The notes under the pieces were generated by a model. It was not told the origin of the DNA and made no database searches. It was given only the letters and a program-made list of their open reading frames with translations. From Escherichia phage BB1: a DNA stretch of 64,000 nucleotides. The stretch lies in sequence record NC_106597.1. The stretch is one strand, 5' to 3'. Of this stretch, positions 31,488-40,746 are shown piece by piece. Positions within the stretch are counted from its first letter, which is position 1. Every line of letters begins with the position of its first letter. The translations under genes and the position numbers were made by a program.

Positions 31488-31856
31488 TTACCGTGCACGA
31501 GATCTAGCATGTGGCTTAACGTTAGGAATCCTTCCGTTTTGCGGTTTATGCTTCTCGGCACGTTTACGTGCAGCATCTACAGCTTTAGCATCAAATATAT
31601 TGATAATGTGTAGAACAAATTCTTTTTCTATAGGATCAGTAATCCCATAAATATCAAATAAAACACCTAAAGCAGCTTTGTCTTTACCTATAAAAATAGG
31701 AAAGTCACCAGGTATGAAACAGTCAATTAGACTATTATAAATATTCATACTAATAGCTACAATAGGTGGAAAGTCTTCAAGTTCAACAGGCATAGCCTTA
31801 GGATCAGGCTCTATACCCATTGATTCACAAAGTATTAAATATTGTTGTTTAGTCAT
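31488..31856 (-). CDS. hypothetical; possible T-like extension of tail assembly chaperone
   Basis: No RBS; its frame is open for about 29 codons upstream of its ATG, overlapping the 3' end of ORF 31918..32322 in the +1 frame. Confidence 0.35.
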   Translation of the reverse strand: MTKQQYLILCESMGIEPDPKAMPVELEDFPPIVAISMNIYNSLIDCFIPGDFPIFIGKDKAALGVLFDIYGITDPIEKEFVLHIINIFDAKAVDAARKRAEKHKPQNGRIPNVKPHARSRAR

Positions 31857-31917
31857 TTTAGATGCTGAGCTTTTAATACACTTATCTGCAAAATCAGCAA
31901 CAGCATCTAGTAATTCT

Positions 31918-32322
31918 TTACGCTTTTGAGCTACGAAAAGTGTCTAAGTGGAACACTGTCTGGTTGATCCAAGAATCAAACGCGGCGGAGTTCTGCATAA
32001 GCATTACAGCATTATCACGACTAAATGGAACTTCAGTAGCAGGATCAGCATCTGTTTCAATCAGCATCAGTTTTTCAACGTCACCTACAGTCAAACCAGT
32101 CCAACCTTTAATCGCAGCATCAACGAAGGCTTCAATGAACTTATCATCATCCTGTACCTGAATCAAAGTACCGTTAACCCACTCGTCACGCTTAGCAGAA
32201 GTGATAACTCGCTTAGAAGTAGCACGAGACATATAATTAAGCTCTAGCTTAAAGTTAGGCATACCTGGGTATGAAAGGGTGACAGTACGAGTTTCTAGGG
32301 TAATATCTTTTAAGTTAATCAT
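31918..32322 (-). CDS. putative tail assembly chaperone (G-like)
   Basis: 134-aa acidic ORF between tail tube and tape measure genes. Confidence 0.4.
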   Translation of the reverse strand: MINLKDITLETRTVTLSYPGMPNFKLELNYMSRATSKRVITSAKRDEWVNGTLIQVQDDDKFIEAFVDAAIKGWTGLTVGDVEKLMLIETDADPATEVPFSRDNAVMLMQNSAAFDSWINQTVFHLDTFRSSKA

Positions 32323-33218
32323 TATTTTCTTTCTCCAAAGAAGTTTATTTCTACAGGATCTGAATCAGCAGTTGGTATTACATCATACTCTACCTGATAC
32401 AAATCTGAGAAGTTTAGGCGTTTTGAAATACGTGCTAAAGGGAATGTTATAGAAACATATTTATTTTTAATAATTAGTGGAGTTCTTGTTTCCGGGTCTA
32501 GATTCAAGAACTTATCTCCTACCAATCTCTTAACGTAATAGAAAGCTAGCGTTGCGGAAGCATTCATCTCATTGACATAAGCTCGTTTATTAGTATAAAC
32601 TTTATTTATATCAAATATACTTCTATCTTCTCTCCAAGAACATTGTTGCTGGAAGGACATAGATGCTGAAATTAATGCGGGCAATGGCGCGCTATTAGTA
32701 TACACAGCTGGAGGACTATATGGAAGTACTTCACCTTGTGTAATTGTATATCCATCGCGGAAAGTAGATACTTCAGAGAATTTTCCAGACTCAATACCAA
32801 CATTTAGGATCGGTATACTCTTATCTAAAGAAAAATCAACTGTTGATACATAACAGTTTTCGAAATAAATACAGCTATTATTATGATTAATAATATACAT
32901 ATTGAACATAATAGGTTCAATATTGGGAGTATTTCTTGGCAAAAATAAAGAATTTCCCTCACGCGTGAATCCCATCCAATCAAAGAAATTAGATTCAATA
33001 AGCGTAGTACTGAAATTTATTGCCAATGAAATAGATGAAGGATCTTGAGCATTAATAATAGAGTCTGCATAGTTGGTACGATTATGAATAGTACGTCTAA
33101 GAGTTTTAAACTCTTGAAAAGACGTACTAGCATCATAGTTAGAGAGGGCATCGAAATGATACCCTCTACCATCATACTCAATAACTATTTTAGACTCTCG
33201 CATGAGAGAATAAAACAT
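32322..33218 (-). CDS. tail-associated protein (p140-like by position)
   Basis: 298-aa ORF directly downstream of major tail protein. Confidence 0.35.
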   Translation of the reverse strand: MFYSLMRESKIVIEYDGRGYHFDALSNYDASTSFQEFKTLRRTIHNRTNYADSIINAQDPSSISLAINFSTTLIESNFFDWMGFTREGNSLFLPRNTPNIEPIMFNMYIINHNNSCIYFENCYVSTVDFSLDKSIPILNVGIESGKFSEVSTFRDGYTITQGEVLPYSPPAVYTNSAPLPALISASMSFQQQCSWREDRSIFDINKVYTNKRAYVNEMNASATLAFYYVKRLVGDKFLNLDPETRTPLIIKNKYVSITFPLARISKRLNFSDLYQVEYDVIPTADSDPVEINFFGERK

Positions 33219-33222
33219 TTAA

Positions 33223-34617
33223 TTAACCACCTGCTGTTACAGTAATCTGTTTAGTGCCTTTAACTCCAGAACCATCTTTAGCAGTAGCTTCTACAGTTAC
33301 TGCACCAGTTTTACTAACATCTGCTTTTAGTAATCCTGTTGCACTGATAGTAGCTGCATCACCAGCAGTGATAGCCCAAGTAACTTCCTTATTTTCTGCG
33401 GAAGAAGGAGTAACTTCAACACTCATCTGAAGAGTGGCAGAAGTGTTTACTGTAGTAACATTACCCGCAGATTTAACAGTAATTGCAGTTACAGCATCAG
33501 TAGCACCATTACCATTAACAATCAAGTTATTAATAGTTGTTTTGGTATACTTACTAGAGAAGCCTAAGTAACCCTCATCACCTGCATCCAGCTCTGACGG
33601 AATAGCCTTAAACTCTACTGATGTACCAAGTACATCATCAGTCTCAATCGTAGGAATATTAACGTGCGCTTGTTTGGCTACCAGAATAGCTGCAGGACGT
33701 TCATCCTCATACTCGCCACCAAGTACTAGAGCTATTTCGAAGCGGTTAACTACCTTCAGAGTTTTGATAAGATCTTTATACAGTTCCATAGAACCAAGAG
33801 ATTTATCATTCAGATAAGCAGTTAACGAACCAGTTAATTCAAAAGCACCAGTAAAGGAACCAATTGGAATAGTAACACGGGACATTACATTAGGTGTTAG
33901 ATAAGTAATGTTGTTGTTAATAGTAAAAGTACCACCGGTAATTGGTATGTCGTAAGACTTATTGGTATCCATGTCCTTGATCTTAAGGATCGTTAATTTG
34001 TTCTTGATGTAAGAACCCTGGATAGTCATATAAGTTTCATCATCAATACCTATTTCATCTGGGTCAAATGGTTGCTCATCCAGAGGAATAAGCTGATTAC
34101 CATTACCAGACCAAGTTACACGGCCAATATCTTCAATATCAACGTTAACTTCTGCTTGATTAATCTGACAGGAATCGATATAACTCCATGCTTTATCAGT
34201 CAGAATATAAATGTGTAACATTGCTAACTCGTGATAAGAGTTATCTTTGAAGTTAACCATAAAGTTAGCTTCGTTATTGTGTGCCCCCGTATTACCTTCT
34301 AGGTTAATAGCTTTACCACTAGAAAGTGCATGCCATAACATATAGTCAGGAACAATTTGTTTGTTAGTAGTTTTGTCTTTATATGGCAGGATATAGGTAG
34401 AGAAACTCCACTCAGCTGCGTTTAAAGAGTCGTTAAAACGTTTAGAACCACGAGTTGGACGCGGACCAGCCTCATTAACAGTAATATCTGTTGAGTTACT
34501 GTCCTGACCCCAAGAAATATCATCCTGAACTAGAATCTCTTGCGTGTTGGTCTTATTATGACCAGTCTTAACCGTAGACACGAAGATTCGAGTATTACGT
34601 AATAGTTGTAAAGACAT
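33223..34617 (-). CDS. major tail tube protein (pb6-like) with C-terminal Ig-like domain
   Basis: 464 aa; C-terminal Ig-like segment (TVKSAGNVTTVNTSATLQMSVEVTP...VTVEATAKDGSGVKGTKQITVTAGG). Confidence 0.6.
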   Translation of the reverse strand: MSLQLLRNTRIFVSTVKTGHNKTNTQEILVQDDISWGQDSNSTDITVNEAGPRPTRGSKRFNDSLNAAEWSFSTYILPYKDKTTNKQIVPDYMLWHALSSGKAINLEGNTGAHNNEANFMVNFKDNSYHELAMLHIYILTDKAWSYIDSCQINQAEVNVDIEDIGRVTWSGNGNQLIPLDEQPFDPDEIGIDDETYMTIQGSYIKNKLTILKIKDMDTNKSYDIPITGGTFTINNNITYLTPNVMSRVTIPIGSFTGAFELTGSLTAYLNDKSLGSMELYKDLIKTLKVVNRFEIALVLGGEYEDERPAAILVAKQAHVNIPTIETDDVLGTSVEFKAIPSELDAGDEGYLGFSSKYTKTTINNLIVNGNGATDAVTAITVKSAGNVTTVNTSATLQMSVEVTPSSAENKEVTWAITAGDAATISATGLLKADVSKTGAVTVEATAKDGSGVKGTKQITVTAGG

Positions 34618-34643
34618 TTAATTATTTTCTCCTAATCTGTAAC

Positions 34644-35129
34644 TTATCTGCGAAGTGACCTACGTGGAGGCTGATACCTCACTGTTACATTTATTTCTGC
34701 TAAACCATATGGGGCCAGTAGACCCTCATCTGTACTAACTGATGTAATGATCATATCAGTTGCCTCACATGGGAAGGTCGATCCATTAGGTTTACTAACA
34801 GTATATTCTAAATTTCCACCTGTGTCAATAACGGTTTTTATATCCGCTACGAGTTTTTCAAGTTGCTCTTGAATGTCTGTTTTCTCTTTATCGTACACCA
34901 GGATTGGAAGTTCTAAAAACATCCACTGTTGGCCTGAAGGAAGATACTGCCCAGTTTCAGTTCCGATATGAACTGCTACATAAGGAAACTCTCGTATTTC
35001 CTCAAATTTATAGGTTTGACGAGAAACGTTTCCGTATAGATTATTAAAATATTCGTCAGGTTGAGAACCATCCATTTGTTTAGAGATTCGGTCAACCATA
35101 GCTTGTGCAATACTTGTTCTGTGGTCCAT
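34644..35129 (-). CDS. putative tail terminator / tail completion protein
   Basis: 161-aa ORF immediately upstream of major tail gene. Confidence 0.4.
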   Translation of the reverse strand: MDHRTSIAQAMVDRISKQMDGSQPDEYFNNLYGNVSRQTYKFEEIREFPYVAVHIGTETGQYLPSGQQWMFLELPILVYDKEKTDIQEQLEKLVADIKTVIDTGGNLEYTVSKPNGSTFPCEATDMIITSVSTDEGLLAPYGLAEINVTVRYQPPRRSLRR

Positions 35130-35132
35130 TTA

Positions 35133-35900
35133 TTAGGTTCCTTGATTAACCTTAATTTTATATCTGGAGTGAATCAGGTCTCTTGCAGCTTTTGCTATAG
35201 CCTCACCAATAAGTTTTTGTGGGTTTCTAGCGCCAGGATAAGGTCGTAGAGATAATCTTCTGTATGTAGATACTGCCGGATTGAACACAGAATATGGACG
35301 AGTCATATAATTATATGTTACGTTCAATTCAGGGGAGCCTTTACTAGTTTCAGAATCACGAAGCATAACATCTTTAATTTTTAAAGAGTTTGCAAAGCGA
35401 CCGGTCCTAAATTTTAGTGGTGCTCCCGCTTTTTTCATATCCTTTATTAAGTATTCTTTAGCAACTATCTCCAGTATAACCTTCATATTGCTATTAGACA
35501 CGAAACGTCCAGAAGCACCTGTTACTGCACCAGAATATCCATCTTCAACATCACTAGGATCACCAAAATTTACCTGCACTCTACCAGTAGAACGTTTTTT
35601 ACCTACTGAGGATTTTTTACCAGCGGTTGCTTGTATTAAGTTCTCTAGAGCACCTAAATCTCCAGAAAGATCTAAACTAGAGGATACAGCTTTTAATATA
35701 GAAGCTGTTCTAATATTAAGGAGATCTTGTGATACAGGTTTTGAAAACTTAAAAGATACTTGAGCAACAGTACCATCTCTGGTAGGATCTTTTAATCCTG
35801 TTTCAACAGAGTATACAACAGTATTCTTATTGTTTTCAGATCGACTTGCAGTATCTAGCTGCTCTTTAATAATTTGTCTAGCTAGATCAGAAAGAGACAT
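35133..35900 (-). CDS. putative head-tail joining protein
   Basis: ORF in capsid-to-tail junction. Confidence 0.35.
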   Translation of the reverse strand: MSLSDLARQIIKEQLDTASRSENNKNTVVYSVETGLKDPTRDGTVAQVSFKFSKPVSQDLLNIRTASILKAVSSSLDLSGDLGALENLIQATAGKKSSVGKKRSTGRVQVNFGDPSDVEDGYSGAVTGASGRFVSNSNMKVILEIVAKEYLIKDMKKAGAPLKFRTGRFANSLKIKDVMLRDSETSKGSPELNVTYNYMTRPYSVFNPAVSTYRRLSLRPYPGARNPQKLIGEAIAKAARDLIHSRYKIKVNQGT

Positions 35901-36412
35901 TATACTCTCCTATATACTTCAATAATAGTACGAATATGCTCTGGAATACCAGATTTAGTATTATTGAAGGTTACTGTTTCACCACCAATTGTTTTAGCTT
36001 GGCGATAATCTTGTTTGTGCCAATGATCTACTAGCATACATGCTGCAAGTTTGAGATCTTCAGGTATTGGATTGAATCCACCTTGTGTATATGCTACATC
36101 CATATAACCTTCTGGAGGATTAAATTTGAGAAGGATAATACCATCAGAGTATAGCTTATACTGCTCTGGGTCAATCTCATTATCGTTAATCGTCACTTTA
36201 GTTACGGAGGTAGCAGATGGTGAGCTCAGAAAATATTTCCTACGTGTAGGTTTTGTATTGATTAACTGGTCTACCGCATCAGCATCATCCATGCCTAGAA
36301 GGCTCGTGATCAGCGCATTGGCAGCAGTAATCATCATTTCTACACCAGATTCTAATTCAGGTCGTTTTAAACCGCCATATAATCTATAATCTTCGGCTGT
36401 GATGATTTGCAT
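35900..36412 (-). CDS. putative head completion / adaptor protein
   Basis: ORF immediately after the capsid terminator element. Confidence 0.35.
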   Translation of the reverse strand: MQIITAEDYRLYGGLKRPELESGVEMMITAANALITSLLGMDDADAVDQLINTKPTRRKYFLSSPSATSVTKVTINDNEIDPEQYKLYSDGIILLKFNPPEGYMDVAYTQGGFNPIPEDLKLAACMLVDHWHKQDYRQAKTIGGETVTFNNTKSGIPEHIRTIIEVYRRV

Positions 36413-36425
36413 TTATTTTTCCCAA

Positions 36426-36450
36426 TAAAAAAGGAGAGCCGAAGCTCTCC
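36426..36450 (-). terminator. terminator after major capsid gene (copy 3)
   Basis: GGAGAGC-CGAA-GCTCTCC with T7 on minus strand. Confidence 0.7.
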
Positions 36451-36471
36451 TTATCGGCTGAAAAGCCTGTA

Positions 36472-37848
36472 TTAAGATGCAGCGTAAGCACCAGATACAA
36501 CGCCATTATTAAAGTAACGTTGCAGGTTAACACGCTGAGTAACGTAGTACGCATCACGCTGTTTACCAGCTTGGCGCTCACGTTCAACAGTAACAGCACG
36601 CTGACGTGGCATTACGAAGTTATCTTTGTAAACAATAACTGCGAACTCTGCGGAGGTAGCTTTAGCCGGGAAGTACTCAGAAACTACAACCGGCAGACCG
36701 TAAATACGACCAACCTGACCTTGCAGTTTAACAGCATCATTACCAACCTGGGCAACATCCTGCCATTCTTCATCTTCCAGCAGATCGTAATAAGCATCCA
36801 TAGATACGATCAGTACCAGTTTGCTCAGTTTCAGACCATGACGGCCCAATTTACGACGCAGTTTAGAGATAGTTTTAGCAGTTACCAGAACAGAACCATC
36901 AGCTTTAGCTTCAGTAATAACTTTAGCACTGTCTTCACTAGCAAGAGTCAGCAGACCTTTCGGCTTACCAGAACCATCACCAGTCATGAAAGCTTCTTCG
37001 ATAGAAACAGCATGTGCTTCAATCAGACGCTTACGAAGCAGTGGCAGCAAGGAGAAGATTGCATCTTCTTCAGTTTCATCAGTAATGAAGGATTTAGCAG
37101 CCAGTTTGTAAGTTTTGAAACTGATCTCTTTAAGAGCGCCTTTAACTTCATTACCAGTAGTAGCATCAGTACCGTAAGTAGCGGCATCTACCCAAGTAGC
37201 TTTACCAGCATCTGGTTCAACCAGCATAGTAAGAATTTTGCTGGACATTGGCAGTTCTTCAAACAGAGCACCAACTACTAGTTCTTTCTGCAGGTCACGA
37301 ATAATACGCTGGGAGAAAATAGTTTCATAGCTTTCACTAGAAACTTCTACTGAAGAGGACTGGTTTACAGTTTTCAGGTGTCTCTGGCCATGTTCGGTAT
37401 CAAATACACCTTTTTCCATCACGTAGGACAGAAGAACCAGTTTCTCCACTTCGTCTTCAAAGTTTTCTTGAGTACCGTACAGTGCTTTAGCTACGCTATC
37501 ACCGACGAAGGAACGCCCTTCACGAGCTGCCAGCAGAGATTTGATTTCGTCCTGAAGACCAACAATAGTTTCCTGCTGTTTTTCTACAGTCTGTGCAAAC
37601 AGTTCTGCGCTCTTCTTGGATTTTTCATCCAGGGATTTAACCAGTTCCAGAGCTTCTTCTAGCTTCTGACGATCTTCGCCAACTGCTTTAGAAACCAGAT
37701 CATTCATACGAGCCAGTTCTTTTTCTTCCTGCTCTTTACGCATACGTTCAGCTTCCTGAGCTTTCTGAGCAGCGGTCAGACCTTCCAGAGATTTAGCCAG
37801 ATCACCCAGACCAAGTTCTTCTTTCAGCTTATTAATATCAATAGTCAT
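36472..37848 (-). CDS. major capsid protein precursor with N-terminal scaffold-like domain
   Basis: 458 aa; N-terminal ~150 aa charged coiled-coil, then HK97-like region; strong terminator immediately downstream. Confidence 0.8.
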   Translation of the reverse strand: MTIDINKLKEELGLGDLAKSLEGLTAAQKAQEAERMRKEQEEKELARMNDLVSKAVGEDRQKLEEALELVKSLDEKSKKSAELFAQTVEKQQETIVGLQDEIKSLLAAREGRSFVGDSVAKALYGTQENFEDEVEKLVLLSYVMEKGVFDTEHGQRHLKTVNQSSSVEVSSESYETIFSQRIIRDLQKELVVGALFEELPMSSKILTMLVEPDAGKATWVDAATYGTDATTGNEVKGALKEISFKTYKLAAKSFITDETEEDAIFSLLPLLRKRLIEAHAVSIEEAFMTGDGSGKPKGLLTLASEDSAKVITEAKADGSVLVTAKTISKLRRKLGRHGLKLSKLVLIVSMDAYYDLLEDEEWQDVAQVGNDAVKLQGQVGRIYGLPVVVSEYFPAKATSAEFAVIVYKDNFVMPRQRAVTVERERQAGKQRDAYYVTQRVNLQRYFNNGVVSGAYAAS

Positions 37849-37865
37849 TTTTAAATAATTCTCCG

Positions 37866-38498
37866 TTATTCTTTAACGTAGCCTAAAGCTATCGCAAGTT
37901 TTTCTAGTTCAGAAAGATTACGTTCTTGAGCTGGGACAGCTTTAGAACTTATTGCAGTAAAAGATTTACGCCATTCAGTATAATCATGACCATTCATGCT
38001 CTTAGCGAGATTGAATGTCGAGTCCTGATTACAAGGTACAGAAACTACCGAAACTTCGTATAGTTCTAAATCTTTAATAATAAATATATCAGTAGCTTCA
38101 TCCCACTCTGCATCTAGGCAGCGGAATCCGATACTAAAAGTTTTCAGTACACCGTTTTTAATTAGTGAAAAGATAGCCGGGTCAGAACTTTCATAGATCT
38201 CGCATTCGATTTCGAGACCCATTTCAGTAGGATTAAGATCAATACACTTGCCGATTGGACGACGATGGTCGTGTCCGAAAAGAATAATCGGGTTTTTCAT
38301 GTAGTTAGCAAGTGCATTAGATGTTTTCCATGCCGAAGCAGGGATTACATCACCAGCGCGATCTTTACTAATTGTATTAGCGAATCCACGTATTTTTACA
38401 ACACCCTCTTTGGATTCGCTATCAATAGATTTAATATAAGCATCTAAATGAACCGGTGCTGATTTTAACTTGTTATAGTCAATAGCAGCTTGTGTCAT
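37866..38498 (-). CDS. prohead maturation protease
   Basis: 210-aa ORF between portal-side genes and capsid gene. Confidence 0.55.
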   Translation of the reverse strand: MTQAAIDYNKLKSAPVHLDAYIKSIDSESKEGVVKIRGFANTISKDRAGDVIPASAWKTSNALANYMKNPIILFGHDHRRPIGKCIDLNPTEMGLEIECEIYESSDPAIFSLIKNGVLKTFSIGFRCLDAEWDEATDIFIIKDLELYEVSVVSVPCNQDSTFNLAKSMNGHDYTEWRKSFTAISSKAVPAQERNLSELEKLAIALGYVKE

Positions 38499-38501
38499 TT
38501 A

Positions 38502-38981
38502 TTAGCCTCCACTTGGGTTTACTGTCACAGTACATGTAGTAGAAGGTTTACTAACTTTCTTACTATCTGTTACAGTTACTTTATAAGCTCCAGAATCCCC
38601 AGTAGCTGCTGTAGGCTTAGTATAGGTAGCTCCTGAAGCCTCTGGAATAGGAGAACCATCTTTAGTCCATGCATAAGTATATGGACCAATACCACCGGTT
38701 GCAGTAACAGAAAGGGTTAACGCTGCTCCCTCTTCAACGGACATGCTAGCAGTTAAATCCTTAGAAAGAGTTAATGGTGGAGCAGGAGGAACTGCTTTAC
38801 CATAGGTCTCTACAAATTTCTTCCATACTTTACGGTTAGTATGCGCAGATGAAAGTCCTAGTTCTCTACGCAGAAAAGCGTAGCTAGGAACATATTTATG
38901 CGCAGCAACCGTAGCAAAGAAGATATGAGATTCTGGCAGTTTTTCACCAAAAATGGTCTTTAGACCACTATAATCAATCAT
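38502..38981 (-). CDS. capsid decoration protein with C-terminal Ig-like domain (pb10-like)
   Basis: 159 aa; C-terminal Ig-like sequence (LTLSVTATGGIGPYTYAWTKDGSPI...YKVTVTDS). Confidence 0.5.
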   Translation of the reverse strand: MIDYSGLKTIFGEKLPESHIFFATVAAHKYVPSYAFLRRELGLSSAHTNRKVWKKFVETYGKAVPPAPPLTLSKDLTASMSVEEGAALTLSVTATGGIGPYTYAWTKDGSPIPEASGATYTKPTAATGDSGAYKVTVTDSKKVSKPSTTCTVTVNPSGG

Positions 38982-40195
38982 TCTTTATCTCCCTCGGTGG
39001 AACCTTGAGGTCTACCACCTTCTTGACCAGATACGCCTGTTGCAGAACCAGCAACGTTAGCAGGAATACGAATCTTATTCATCTGCTCATCATCTAAAGG
39101 TTCAAGGTTCAGCTCTAAACGAGCTTCGTTACCAGTTATAATACCATTATTAACCAATGAGGTTAAATGTTTAGCCTCAGATTCTTTATCTGGTGTTAAT
39201 GCAGCTACTTCCTTAGTATTAGGAGTAATCTTATAACCAAAAAAGAAAGTAAGAGAACTAGTCAGCTTGTTCAGCATAGGGATGATAGTCATATAGTAGA
39301 ACAATTCGATGTTTGGTCGAATGTTCGCATTATTACCACCATCAAGCAGTACTTGCGGAACACCAAAGGCTAGACAGATAGATTTATTAAATCCTTCAAT
39401 GTCTTCCTTAAAGTCTAGATCTTTAAAAGAGGATATTTGGGAGTACGGTTTAGCTTTCATACCACCATCTAGAATCAGGACAGAGGACTGACCAGTACTA
39501 GGATTATAATCTAGTTGTAATTCTTCTTGTTTACGCTCACGCAATTTCTTGTTCAGGATTTCATCCGTCTCAAGAATAAGACCAATCACGGTTCCGTTAT
39601 CGAGGAATTTCTCTTTAAAGTTAAGCATCTTGGAACGCTTCTCAAGAGAATCAATAACAGTAGCAACACGAGATTGTCCAGAAATTTGAGAGTTTGTGCC
39701 ACACACGTAACTGTTATCCTTTATAAAGATAATCTCATCTACGCGATAGTCTATCTGATTATTAAATATAAATTTTTTGATAAACTTATTGGCATCTGCC
39801 TCTACTTGCATTAGTGCAGCAGGGACATGATAAAGTGCTGTGCCATCCCAATAGATGTATGCACAACCTTCAAAAAGTAGGTCAGTGACTACAAGTCTAC
39901 GGAATGTGCTTATATCCATGAATGGATTAGGTCGTACATTTAAGAGAGTGTCTAGAGTCTTTGTCTTGATGCCATTGGCATACGTGACAATATTATATTT
40001 ATCTCCGACAGTATAAGAACACTCCGCCGCACTATCTATAACCATATTAGCAGTTCTATTGAGAATCTCAATTTTACTGTAGGCTTGTCCAGTGGTAAAA
40101 GGCTTACGGTTAGTGCGATGACTAACTGGTTCCATGTCTCTTATAATACGTTGACCCGGATTTAGCTTTTCAGTAATCCAGCTTTTAAAACCCAT
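38978..40195 (-). CDS. portal protein
   Basis: 405-aa ORF between terminase and protease. Confidence 0.65.
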   Translation of the reverse strand: MGFKSWITEKLNPGQRIIRDMEPVSHRTNRKPFTTGQAYSKIEILNRTANMVIDSAAECSYTVGDKYNIVTYANGIKTKTLDTLLNVRPNPFMDISTFRRLVVTDLLFEGCAYIYWDGTALYHVPAALMQVEADANKFIKKFIFNNQIDYRVDEIIFIKDNSYVCGTNSQISGQSRVATVIDSLEKRSKMLNFKEKFLDNGTVIGLILETDEILNKKLRERKQEELQLDYNPSTGQSSVLILDGGMKAKPYSQISSFKDLDFKEDIEGFNKSICLAFGVPQVLLDGGNNANIRPNIELFYYMTIIPMLNKLTSSLTFFFGYKITPNTKEVAALTPDKESEAKHLTSLVNNGIITGNEARLELNLEPLDDEQMNKIRIPANVAGSATGVSGQEGGRPQGSTEGDKE

Positions 40196-40632
40196 TATAA
40201 GAACCTTGCGAATCCTGATTTTGTTTCAGTCTTGACTTGTGTCTTTTCTTGAGGATTCTGTAATTTGTCTTTCTGCTTTTGAACCCACACTTTTTGCTTA
40301 TTAGCAGAAAATAAAGGAGGTTCTTTTGTGTAAACCTTATGTAATAATTGGTGATGGTGTACACAAAGGGTAACAGTGTCTTCTACTAGCTCATGCCTAT
40401 ATCGATCATAGAATGCCGTCCTATTTGAAAGGACTGTTTCTTCGTCAGTGAAATCCAATTGGAGTTCTTTAGCAAATTTTTTAACTAGTAGAGACACCGT
40501 ATGGTAATGATGAAGCTCTAATTCTTCAGCACAACCGCAGATAGCACATTGAGAGTCTTTTTTATATTGACTTTTTATTCCGTCTCTCATAAGGGATATA
40601 GCATCGCGTTTATATTTTATATTGCTTGCCAT
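40195..40632 (-). CDS. HNH endonuclease
   Basis: CAICGC...LELHHYH...CVHHHQLLH motif; start moved to ATG 40632 with GAGGAG RBS; track ORF extends to 40719. Confidence 0.6.
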   Translation of the reverse strand: MASNIKYKRDAISLMRDGIKSQYKKDSQCAICGCAEELELHHYHTVSLLVKKFAKELQLDFTDEETVLSNRTAFYDRYRHELVEDTVTLCVHHHQLLHKVYTKEPPLFSANKQKVWVQKQKDKLQNPQEKTQVKTETKSGFARFL

Positions 40633-40746
40633 AGTGTTCTCCTCAACTGTATGAATATAGTATACATAATCGTATCGAATTTGTAAAGGGGATTTTAAAA
40701 TGCAGGAATGGGATACCAACTGAGTAGTATCCCATCCTATATTTAT

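Noticed and set aside
30818-37662. Plus-strand ORFs inside late genes (30818..31018, 31157..31423, 31940..32161, 31948..32247, 33045..33245, 35061..35249, 35488..35763, 36126..36389, 36520..37281, 37378..37662) and minus-strand 36384..36599
   Set aside because: Antisense to structural genes or overlapping a terminator; no start signals.
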